Source: Candidatus Wallbacteria bacterium
GTDB taxonomy: Bacteria > Muiribacteriota > UBA6191 > JACPRK01
Assembly: GCA_016190005.1 (NCBI GenBank)
Contig: JACPRK010000170.1
Location: 1,877-65,876 of the forward strand
DNA length: 64,000 bases
Direction: 5' to 3'
Shown here: piece after piece, positions 17,771 through 25,953 of the stretch
Layout of the letters: each line of letters opens with the position of its first letter
How positions within the stretch are numbered: the stretch's first letter is position 1
Position numbers and translations under genes: made by a program
Notes under the pieces: generated by a model
What the model saw: only the letters and a program-made list of their open reading frames with translations
What the model was told of the DNA's origin: nothing
Database searches by the model: none

Positions 17771-18754
17771 ATGCGAGATCCCACCTTCCAGACCGGGCTC
17801 CTGGCGATCGTGCTGATCCTGGCGGTCGCGCTCTACCGGCCGCCCGGCCGCGTCACGGGCGTGCCACCGGAGCAGCTCTGGAACCAGAAGCTGCTCTGGG
17901 GTCCCGAGTTCGACCTGGTGCTGGCGGGCGACTCGCGGACCTTCCAGGGCCTCTCGCCGGCGCGCATGCGCGATACGGTCGGCTGCCGCCGGATCGCAAA
18001 CTTCGGCTTCGCGGCGGCCGCGCTGACCACGTCCTACCTGCGCGCCTCCGAGGCGCTGCTAGATCCCGCAAGCTCGCGGCGGGCCCTGGTGCTCGGCGTA
18101 ACGCCGCACTCGCTCACGCCGAACGCGGCCCGCGAAAACGAGCTGGTCTCGCGCTGGACCCAGATCCGGCCCTGGCACCCCGGCCTGGTCGAACGGCAGT
18201 GGGACAACGAGTTCCTCTCCCTGGCACACCAGGAGCGCCTGGGCGTGGAGCTGGGCGTCTGGCTGGGGCCGCTCTTCCACACCCTGCGACCCCTGCGGCT
18301 TGGCGAGCTCCGCTCCTGGTGGGGAGGGCACCGCACCGGCTACTTCCAGACCTTTCACCCCGACGGCTGGGTCGAGTCCCGGCAGCTTCCCGAAGGCAAC
18401 CCCGACGCCATCTCCTGGAGTCGACGTATCTTTCAAGGCAATCGCATCTCTCCCGAGCTGACCACGGCTGCGTTCGACTGGGTGACGGCCGCAACCCGGC
18501 GCGGGGCCAACGTCTACGGCTTTCTGTTTCCCGTGCCTGCCCCCGTCGCCGCCGTCGAGGCCGCGGTCAGCGGATGGAGCGAGATACGCTTCGCGGAGCG
18601 GTTCCAGCAGGCCGGCGGCGTCTGGCTCGATTTTTCAGCCAAGGCCTATGCCAGCCACGACGACTGTCATCTGAGGGCCGACGCGGCGCTCTCGCTCTCG
18701 ACCGACCTGGCGCTCGCCATCCTGCGTCACGAGCAGAAGGGCGGTGCCCGGTGA
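17771..18754 (+). CDS. Membrane-anchored SGNH/GDSL-like protein, partner of MBOAT copy 1
   Basis: N-terminal TM helix, GDS block VLAGDSRTFQGLSP and C-terminal DxxH-like block HDDCHL. Paralogous to 21105..22088 and 22085..23086. ATG lies 11 nt after the MBOAT stop. Confidence 0.65.
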   Translation: MRDPTFQTGLLAIVLILAVALYRPPGRVTGVPPEQLWNQKLLWGPEFDLVLAGDSRTFQGLSPARMRDTVGCRRIANFGFAAAALTTSYLRASEALLDPASSRRALVLGVTPHSLTPNAARENELVSRWTQIRPWHPGLVERQWDNEFLSLAHQERLGVELGVWLGPLFHTLRPLRLGELRSWWGGHRTGYFQTFHPDGWVESRQLPEGNPDAISWSRRIFQGNRISPELTTAAFDWVTAATRRGANVYGFLFPVPAPVAAVEAAVSGWSEIRFAERFQQAGGVWLDFSAKAYASHDDCHLRADAALSLSTDLALAILRHEQKGGAR

Positions 18755-18771
18755 CCGCCCGGCGGCGACGC

Positions 18772-19266
18772 TCAAGGGTCGGGCCGTCGCAAGCCGAACC
18801 AACCCGCCCAGGCCGCCACGATGGCGCAGACGGCCGCCCGCCTCAACACCGGCAACGCGGCCGCAAGCCCTGTCGGTCCGTCGGCGCTCATCCAGAGAAA
18901 GGTCGCCCAGCAGAGGCTGCCCGCCAGCAGTATCCCCGCCACCGCGGTCACGACCAGCGTCGCCGGCCAGGCCGCACCGGGCACGGCCAGCAGCGCTCCG
19001 CCGAGCAGCTGCCCCCCGGCCACCCAGGCCGCCATCGTCCGCCCCGCCGCCCCCTCCAACGGCATCTTCTCTGCGAACCCTCGATAGTGATGGAGGTGAT
19101 ACGCCCCGGAGGCCATCAGCACGATCGCCAGGGAGAGCCGCCCCCGCGTCCTGAAATCCGACGCGAGCCGCCCGAAGAGCAGCCCTGCCACCGTCAACAG
19201 CAGGTGCAGCGAGATCAGCGTCGCAAGAAGGACCATGAGCGTGGGCCAGGGTGGAGTACTGGGCAA
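18772..19266 (-). CDS. Hypothetical integral membrane protein (about 4 TM helices, DoxX-like by eye)
   Basis: 164 aa with hydrophobic helices. Convergent with the preceding operon. No diagnostic motif. Confidence 0.45.
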   Translation of the reverse strand: MPSTPPWPTLMVLLATLISLHLLLTVAGLLFGRLASDFRTRGRLSLAIVLMASGAYHLHHYRGFAEKMPLEGAAGRTMAAWVAGGQLLGGALLAVPGAAWPATLVVTAVAGILLAGSLCWATFLWMSADGPTGLAAALPVLRRAAVCAIVAAWAGWFGLRRPDP

Positions 19267-19292
19267 TGGTGCTCATTGCTGTCGGGTGCTCC

Positions 19293-19357
19293 GCCCCCGA
19301 ACCCCCACCAAGGGGCCAGAGGCCCCCTGGACCCCCGATTGATTGCGGTCTCTGGGG
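19293..19357 (+). repeat. REP/MITE-like element, family A, copy 1
   Basis: GCCCCCGAACCCCCACCAAGGGGCCAGAGGCCCCCTGGACCCCCGATTGATTGCGGTCTCTGGGG. Near-identical to 27310..27374. Contains an imperfect hairpin CCAAGGGGCC/GGCCCCCTGG. Confidence 0.8.
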
Positions 19358-19498
19358 CTTTCGAGAGTCTGGCGAGATTCGAGGAGGCCAGAGATCTATC
19401 GAGAGATTCGTACACGCTCGCGGGCTCCACCTCCTTCCTCCCACTCTGTGAGAGAGCAGCCGCATTGTCCGCGAAACCCACGAGGACCCGCGGGGGCG

Positions 19499-19554
19499 CC
19501 GCAAAGAGACAGGGGTCCAGGGGAGCACTGCTCCCCTGGTGGGGGTTCGGGGGC
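19499..19554 (-). repeat. REP/MITE-like element, family A, copy 2 (inverted relative to copy 1)
   Basis: ...GGGGTCCAGGGGAGCACTGCTCCCCTGGTGGGGGTTCGGGGGC. Contains a perfect 11-bp hairpin CCAGGGGAGCA-C-TGCTCCCCTGG. Confidence 0.8.
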
Positions 19555-19652
19555 GAAGCCCCTGAGAGGATTGAGTACCACTTCAAGCGCCTGCACTTTC
19601 TCGATTGCCCCCGCCCAGCTGGCCTCCCATGCTACAACAGCGCCGCCAGTAA

Positions 19653-21065
19653 ATGACCTTCAACTCCTTCCCGTTCCTCATCTTCGCGATCGTCTTCTAC
19701 TCGCTCTGGCCGTACGCCAGGCAGCGACAGAGCTGGCGATGGTTCTTCCTCGTCGTCTTCTCCTTCTTCTTCTACGGCTGGTTCGATTGGCGCTACCTGG
19801 GACTGCTATTGGCCAGCGGCGTCGTCGACTTCTACGCGGCCCTGGCGATGAAGCGCTACCCCGAGCGGCGCCGCGCGCTGCTCTGGCTCTCCATGTCCGC
19901 CAACCTGGGCTTGCTCGCGGCTTTCAAGTACATCACGTTCTTCACGACAAACCTCAACGAGCTCTCGCGTCTGCTGGGCGGCGACGCGCTCGTCCCGGTC
20001 CTCTACGTCTTTCCCCCCGCCGGCATCAGCTTCTACACCTTCCAGTCGATGAGCTACACCATCGACGTCTACAAGGGAAAGCTGGCGCCAACCGACAGCC
20101 TGCTCAAGTTCTTCGCCTTCCTCTCGCTCTTTCCTCAGCTGGTCGCCGGTCCCATCGTGCGCGCCACCGAGCTGATGGACCAGCTGGACGGCGTACCCAG
20201 CCCCACCGAGCGCCAGCAGTGGGAGGGGCTGCGCCTGCTGGTCCACGGCTACTTCAAGAAGGCCGTGCTGGCCGACAACCTCGCCCCGGCCGTCGAGCAC
20301 GCCGCGGGCGCGCTCCATTTCATCGATTCCACCCCCTTCTGGTGGCTCGCAGCGCTAATGCTCGGCATCCAGATCTACTGCGACTTCGCCGGCTACAGCG
20401 ACATCGCCCGAGGGCTCGGCAAGTGGATGGGCTACGAGTTCCCGGTCAACTTCGACCATCCCTACCTGGCCACCTCGCTGCGCGGCTTCTGGATGCGCTG
20501 GAACATGACCGTGACGCGCTGGTTCCGCGACTACGTCTACCTCGGCCTCAAGGGCTCCCGGACCAGTCTGTGGCGTTCTGCCCGCAACCTCTGGATCACC
20601 GTCATCCTCCTCGGCTTCTGGCACGGCGCCAACTGGACCTTCGTCATCTTCGGGACGCTTCAGGCCATCCTGCTCACCATCGAGCGCGTCACGCACCTCC
20701 CCAGGCGCCTCGCCAAGATCCCGTTCCTGGGCCGAGGCATCTGCGTCGTGCTGGTCGCGCTGCAGATGATGCTCACGGGCGTCTTCTTCCGCGCGCCCTC
20801 CGTGGAGCACGCCCTGCTGGCCCTCCAGGCGATGCTCTCATTCAAGTCGTTCGACACCGCCCCCATCGGCTCCCTCTTCTTCGCCATCCCCTTCCTGATC
20901 GTGGCCATCCTCTGGGAGGTGCTGGTCTTCTGCGGGGCCGACATCAAGACCCTGGAGCGCTCCCCCCGCTTCGTCCGCCTCGAGCCTCTCCTGCTCATCC
21001 TGATGATCGTCTGCTCGGTCTACCTCCGCGGCCTCGGCACCGCCTTCGTCTACTTCCAGTTCTGA
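19653..21065 (+). CDS. MBOAT family O-acyltransferase, copy 2
   Basis: SFYTFQSMSYTIDVYKG, FPQLVAGPIVRA, GFWHGANWTF. Roughly half of residues identical to copy 1 by eye. Confidence 0.9.
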   Translation: MTFNSFPFLIFAIVFYSLWPYARQRQSWRWFFLVVFSFFFYGWFDWRYLGLLLASGVVDFYAALAMKRYPERRRALLWLSMSANLGLLAAFKYITFFTTNLNELSRLLGGDALVPVLYVFPPAGISFYTFQSMSYTIDVYKGKLAPTDSLLKFFAFLSLFPQLVAGPIVRATELMDQLDGVPSPTERQQWEGLRLLVHGYFKKAVLADNLAPAVEHAAGALHFIDSTPFWWLAALMLGIQIYCDFAGYSDIARGLGKWMGYEFPVNFDHPYLATSLRGFWMRWNMTVTRWFRDYVYLGLKGSRTSLWRSARNLWITVILLGFWHGANWTFVIFGTLQAILLTIERVTHLPRRLAKIPFLGRGICVVLVALQMMLTGVFFRAPSVEHALLALQAMLSFKSFDTAPIGSLFFAIPFLIVAILWEVLVFCGADIKTLERSPRFVRLEPLLLILMIVCSVYLRGLGTAFVYFQF

Positions 21066-21104
21066 AGCAGCCCTCATGACGCGCGAGCCCCCTGAACACC
21101 TTCG

Positions 21105-22088
21105 ATGACTCTCAACCGTACCCAGCTCACGCTCCTCTGGGCCGCCGTCGCGGTCGTCGTCGCCGGATACGCGAGGCCGGTGCAGTCGGTGGCCGGCGTG
21201 CCCGTGGAGCGATTCTTCTACATGAAGATGCTCTGGCATCACGAGTTCGACGTGGTGGTCGCGGGCGACTCGAGGCCGCTCCTGGGGGTCTCGCCTGCCG
21301 CGATGCGCGAGGCGCTTCCCGGGCGGCGCATCGCCAACTTCGGCTTCCGGCTGGCCGGCTACTCCCGCCAGTACGTGGAGCGAGCCGAGTCACTGCTGGA
21401 CCCGGCCAGCCCGGGTCGGGTCCTGGTCCTGGGCGTCGATCCGCATGCGCTCACCACCAACGCGGCGCGCGACATCGACACCCCCTCGACCTGGATGTCG
21501 CTGCACCCCTGGCGGCCCGGCCACTTCAACGTCGATCTCGACAACGAGTTCCTCTGGCTCAGCGCCCAGCACCCGGCCGAGATCCGGCTTGCCGTGGCAC
21601 TCTCGCCGATCCACTCGTTCTTCGGGCGGTTGACCTCGCTCGACTTGAACCAGCTCTTCTACACCAAGGAGCGCCGGCCGATGCTCATCGCGCACGAGGA
21701 CGGCTGGTTCGAGAGCCGGATGGGCAAGTGGGATCAGAAGAACGTGCTGCGCTACATCCCGCCGATGTACAAGGGGAACCCCGTCTCGCCGCACGTGATA
21801 CAGAAGCTGATGGAGATGGTGCGCGGCATCCGAGACCGGGGAGTCGCGGTCTACGGCTTCGAGCCGCCGACGTCCGACGAGGTGGGTCGACTCGAGAACC
21901 TGCACTCCAAGTTCGAAGAGAAGGCTTTCGCTACCGCCTTCGAGGCGGCCGGCGCGACCTGGTTGCCCTTCCGGGACGCCGACTTCGAGACCTGGGACGG
22001 GCACCACCTCTCGCAAGAATCGGCCCTGAGATTCTCCAGAGCGCTGGCCGAGCGGATCGCAGCCGCCGAGCGCGCCGCCGGAAGATGA
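21105..22088 (+). CDS. Membrane-anchored SGNH/GDSL-like protein, paralogue 2
   Basis: TM helix, VVAGDSRPLLGVSP and C-terminal WDGHHL (DxxH). Confidence 0.65.
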   Translation: MTLNRTQLTLLWAAVAVVVAGYARPVQSVAGVPVERFFYMKMLWHHEFDVVVAGDSRPLLGVSPAAMREALPGRRIANFGFRLAGYSRQYVERAESLLDPASPGRVLVLGVDPHALTTNAARDIDTPSTWMSLHPWRPGHFNVDLDNEFLWLSAQHPAEIRLAVALSPIHSFFGRLTSLDLNQLFYTKERRPMLIAHEDGWFESRMGKWDQKNVLRYIPPMYKGNPVSPHVIQKLMEMVRGIRDRGVAVYGFEPPTSDEVGRLENLHSKFEEKAFATAFEAAGATWLPFRDADFETWDGHHLSQESALRFSRALAERIAAAERAAGR

Positions 22089-23086
22089 GGCTCGGGCGCA
22101 CCCAGGCCACGTTGCTCGGGGCCGTCTTTGCCGTGCTCGCCGCGGGCTGGATGCGGCCCGTCTCGTCGGTGGGCGGCATGCCGGCCGAGCTCTTCTTCTA
22201 CCGCAAGATGCTCTGGCACCATGAGTTCGACGTCGTCTGCGCGGGCGATTCCCGGACGCTCCTGGGCGTCTCTCCGGCGGCGATGCGGACCGTGATGGGC
22301 CAGCGCAGGATCGCCAACTTCGGTTTTCGCCTGGCCGGCTATTCGACCCGCTATGCGGAGCGTGCAGTGGAGTTGATAGACCCGGCGACTCCCAGGCCCC
22401 TGATGCTGCTCGGCGTCGACCCGCACTCGCTCACGACCAATGCCGCGCGCAACCTGGACCAGCCGTCGACCTGGATGTCGTTGCACCCGTGGCGCCCGGG
22501 CCACTTCAACGCGGAGCTGGAAAACGAGTTCCTGTGGCTGGCGGCCCAGCACCCCTGGGAGATCCGCCTTCAGGTGCAGCTCGGCCCGCTGCTGGCCTTC
22601 TTCGGCCGCATCACGACGCTCGACTTCTCCCAGCTCATCCAGGGCAACACGCGCTATCCGGTGATGGTGGCTCACGAGGACGGCTGGTTCTCCAGCCGCT
22701 TCAAGCAGCAGGGGCTGGAGCGGGCGGTGCGCTTCATCCCGGCGATGTACGCCGGCAACCGAGTGTCGCCGCACGTGGTGGCGCAGCTGCTGAAGGCGGT
22801 CCGGCGGATGCAGTGGCGCGGCATCGAGGTCTTCGGCTTTCGCCTCCCGACCGACCCCCGGGTGACACAACTGGAGAACCAGTGTTCCGGTTTCGACGAA
22901 GCTGCGCTCGCCCGCGACCTGGCCGCCGCCGGCGGCAAGTGGCTGCCGTTTGACGACCGCGACTTCCACACCTTCGACGGCCACCACCTGGGCGAGGACG
23001 AGGCCGTCCGCTTCTCCACCGCGCTGGCCCGGAAGGTCGAAGCCTCGCGGGAGCGTCCAGGCAACCTTTCTGGCCGGAAGCCGTAG
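22085..23086 (+). CDS. Membrane-anchored SGNH/GDSL-like protein, paralogue 3
   Basis: TM helix, VCAGDSRTLLGVSP and FDGHHL. Its ATG overlaps the stop of paralogue 2 (ATGA at 22085..22088). The ORF-track start at 21728 is an upstream extension. Confidence 0.65.
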   Translation: MRLGRTQATLLGAVFAVLAAGWMRPVSSVGGMPAELFFYRKMLWHHEFDVVCAGDSRTLLGVSPAAMRTVMGQRRIANFGFRLAGYSTRYAERAVELIDPATPRPLMLLGVDPHSLTTNAARNLDQPSTWMSLHPWRPGHFNAELENEFLWLAAQHPWEIRLQVQLGPLLAFFGRITTLDFSQLIQGNTRYPVMVAHEDGWFSSRFKQQGLERAVRFIPAMYAGNRVSPHVVAQLLKAVRRMQWRGIEVFGFRLPTDPRVTQLENQCSGFDEAALARDLAAAGGKWLPFDDRDFHTFDGHHLGEDEAVRFSTALARKVEASRERPGNLSGRKP

Positions 23087-23161
23087 TTGTGGACAAGGGG
23101 GATTCGCCCGCGCGCGGCGATCAATGACGACAACAACCAGAAAGCTGAGAGGAACCTGCCC

Positions 23162-24523
23162 ATGAGCCCCGCCCGTTCGCCGTTTCGTGTTTCGAGCCTC
23201 GGCAGCCCGCTCGCCCTTGTGCTGGCGGCGCTGATAGTCCCGGCGGCCGCTGGGGCCCAGTCGCAGCTCACCCGGGAGGACCTGGCCCGGCTCTATCCCG
23301 GCGCCAATCTGGACCAGCTCTCTGCGGCCGAGCTGAACATCTGCCTGCGCAGCTCACAGCACAGCAAGCTCAAGGCGGCGCTCGACGCGGCAGGGACGGC
23401 GGGGGCATCCTCTGCCGTGGAGGCCGCCGGCCCGGCCGACTCTCCCGCGGCGCCGCAGTCGGATCCTGGCTTCGAGGATCTCGCTGCGGCGCGTCCCAAG
23501 GCCGCCGTGACTCTCACCGACGCCGAACTGACCGAGTGCTTCGGGGCGGATCGGTTCGGACGGATGAGCGGCGCCCGGCGGGACCGCTGGCGCGCCCACG
23601 CCACCCTCATCAAGTTCCACGGGTTCTACAAGTCCGGGCGGATGACGCTCTCGGGGCTGCAGGACATGGCGAACAACCTGCTTGTCTCCGAGAAGCCGCC
23701 GCTGGTCACGAAGGCCGGCCTCCCCCTGCGCAAGCAGCTTCCGCTCGAGGGCAAGCACTTCCGCCTGGGCCTGAGCCTCTCGACCGGCTGGGCGTACATC
23801 GAGAAGGACCGGGCGAAGAACCAGCGAGACCAGCAGATCGCCAACGTCTGGGCGGCTCTCAACGACGAGGAGCGCGATTCGCAGATCGCCGACGAGCTGG
23901 CCATGCTCTTCTTCCTCAACAAGGGGAAGAAGATTCAAATCATCCTCAATCTGAAGATGCTTCACCGGGGACAGATCGGCACGTTCGACTCCTTCAAGGT
24001 CATCAGCCTGGGCCTGGACAACCCCTGGCTCTCGCCGAACCAGAACCAGGCCTACCTGCGCAGCGTCATCTGCCACGAGCTCGGCCACTTTCTGCAGGAC
24101 CTGCTCTACGGCCGGAAGCCGACCGTCGGCCCCATCGCCAGGTTCGCCGGCCTGCGCCACAACCCCGAAGTCACCACCAACGAGCAGATCGCTCTCTCGG
24201 AGGGGTGGGGCGACTTCTGCGGCGTCACGTACGGGAAGAGCGATTACTGGGATTGGCAGGAGGGCTATCGTCACGAGGGCTACGAGGAACGCAACCCTCT
24301 CAAGAGCCGGAGCGACCTGCTTCGCACCGAAGGGGTCGTGACCCGCACGCTCCTGCTCGCAAACGAGAGCATTCCCAACTTCCGCCTTCTGGTCATGAAC
24401 ACGTTCGCCAAGTACAAGCCCGGCTCGATGACCGACCTCGTCAAAGGGTTCTCCAAGGATTACCCCTCCGAGGCGCCCAAGTTGCAAGCCGCCCTGGAGG
24501 AGACGCTGAAGGGCTCAAAGTAA
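23162..24523 (+). CDS. Secreted putative zinc metalloprotease (HExxH)
   Basis: Signal peptide MSPARSPFRVSSLGSPLALVLAALIVPAAAGA, and HELGH in VICHELGHFLQDLLYG. No further family assignment possible by eye. Confidence 0.6.
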   Translation: MSPARSPFRVSSLGSPLALVLAALIVPAAAGAQSQLTREDLARLYPGANLDQLSAAELNICLRSSQHSKLKAALDAAGTAGASSAVEAAGPADSPAAPQSDPGFEDLAAARPKAAVTLTDAELTECFGADRFGRMSGARRDRWRAHATLIKFHGFYKSGRMTLSGLQDMANNLLVSEKPPLVTKAGLPLRKQLPLEGKHFRLGLSLSTGWAYIEKDRAKNQRDQQIANVWAALNDEERDSQIADELAMLFFLNKGKKIQIILNLKMLHRGQIGTFDSFKVISLGLDNPWLSPNQNQAYLRSVICHELGHFLQDLLYGRKPTVGPIARFAGLRHNPEVTTNEQIALSEGWGDFCGVTYGKSDYWDWQEGYRHEGYEERNPLKSRSDLLRTEGVVTRTLLLANESIPNFRLLVMNTFAKYKPGSMTDLVKGFSKDYPSEAPKLQAALEETLKGSK

Positions 24524-24609
24524 GCGCCCGGTTTCTCAGGGCCGTCGTCGGCTTCTCCATCGCGCAAGCGCGGCTCTGCGCGGCCGGCGAGCCGAGCGGG
24601 GCCGCGGCT

Positions 24610-25953
24610 CTACTCCCCTTGCGAGTCCTCGGGGGGCGGAGGGTAGTAGGCTAGCCTCTCGCGCAGCTCGCGGGCCAGCTCGTGGCGTTCGCCGCAACGC
24701 TCGAGCGCCTCGGCCAGGGCCTGGTCGCGGCCGGCGCCGTCGTCTTTTTGACTCAAAAGCTCCGCGAGCTCCGTCCATGCCGTCGGATCGACAGCGCTGG
24801 CGCCGAGCGCGGCACGCAGCTGCACAACGGCCTCGTCTAGCTGGCCGGCCTCGGCCAGGTACCGGGCAAGATGCCGCCTCGACGCGGGTGTGGTCGCGGC
24901 CGGGCCCAGTCGGGTCCGCAGCAGCTCCGCGGCCCGAGCGTCCTGGCCGTCCTTGGCCAGCGCCACGTAGAGGTCCAGGCTCGCCTGCTGGTGCTCGGCC
25001 GGCGTCGCTGGATGGGACAGCGCCTCACGCAGCCCGGCGGCAGCCTCGGCGTGGCGCCCCAAGGCCGAGAGGACCCGGCCCCGGAAAGCCAGCAGCCAGA
25101 ACCGCACGTCCCCGCCCTCGGAGGCCAGCGCGGAGCCGACCGCGTCCAGCAGCGCCTCGCGCTCGCCTTGGAGGAACCGGCGCTCCAGCTCCGCCGACAC
25201 CAGGCGGGGACGGTTGCCGAGGAGCTGGAAGCCCCGCTGGATCAGCTCGGCGGCGCGGGTGAGCTGGCGCGTCACGTGCAGGTAGCCGTGGACCAACATC
25301 AGCAGGTGCTGCTCGGCGAAGCCAATCTCGGCCTCCCTGCGCTGCCCGTGGCCGCAGAGCGCCAGCCGTGTGGCGATCGCCCCGAGCGCCTGGTCTGCGC
25401 TGGCCCGGGCCTGCGACTCGTCTCCGGCACGCGCGCACGATTGGGCCCAGGACACGCGCACCTTGACGTCACCCGGCGCAAGCTCGAGCGAGCGCGCGTA
25501 GGCCCTGCGCGCTTCGGCCAGCAGACCCGTCTGCTCCAGGGCGCGCGCCAGCGCCGACCAGGCCCCACCGCACGCAGGATGCTGCCTCACGGTCTCTCTG
25601 GAGCACTCGACCGCCCTCTCGAGCAGGCCGTTCGCCAGCAGCCCCTCGCATTGCTTGACCGCCCGATCCGCGTAAAGGCTCTCATCCGACGGCGGGCCAG
25701 GTCCCAGCTCGAGGAACGAACGCGCAAAACGATCGAAGCTCACGCCGGCGTGCTCGGTGAACGCAGCGACGTCGGCAGCTAGCGGCAGCCACTCGTCGGG
25801 TGTCAGCCGTCCGTCGCCGTTCCGATCGAAGGCGGCGAAGGCACGGGACAACGCCGTCGAGCCGGCGGCGTCGATCGGCGGTACCGGCACGGCCAGCACA
25901 CCGGCCGCCGGCGCTAGAGCGAAGCACATGCAGAGCGCGAGCGCGCGTCTCAC
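24610..25953 (-). CDS. Secreted EF-hand + TPR repeat protein (module copy 1)
   Basis: Canonical EF-hand loop DRNGDGRLTPDE followed by TPR-like Ala/Leu-rich repeats. The GTG start overlaps the stop of the upstream sulfatase-like gene (GTGA). An alternative ATG is at 25929. Confidence 0.7.
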   Translation of the reverse strand: MRRALALCMCFALAPAAGVLAVPVPPIDAAGSTALSRAFAAFDRNGDGRLTPDEWLPLAADVAAFTEHAGVSFDRFARSFLELGPGPPSDESLYADRAVKQCEGLLANGLLERAVECSRETVRQHPACGGAWSALARALEQTGLLAEARRAYARSLELAPGDVKVRVSWAQSCARAGDESQARASADQALGAIATRLALCGHGQRREAEIGFAEQHLLMLVHGYLHVTRQLTRAAELIQRGFQLLGNRPRLVSAELERRFLQGEREALLDAVGSALASEGGDVRFWLLAFRGRVLSALGRHAEAAAGLREALSHPATPAEHQQASLDLYVALAKDGQDARAAELLRTRLGPAATTPASRRHLARYLAEAGQLDEAVVQLRAALGASAVDPTAWTELAELLSQKDDGAGRDQALAEALERCGERHELARELRERLAYYPPPPEDSQGE

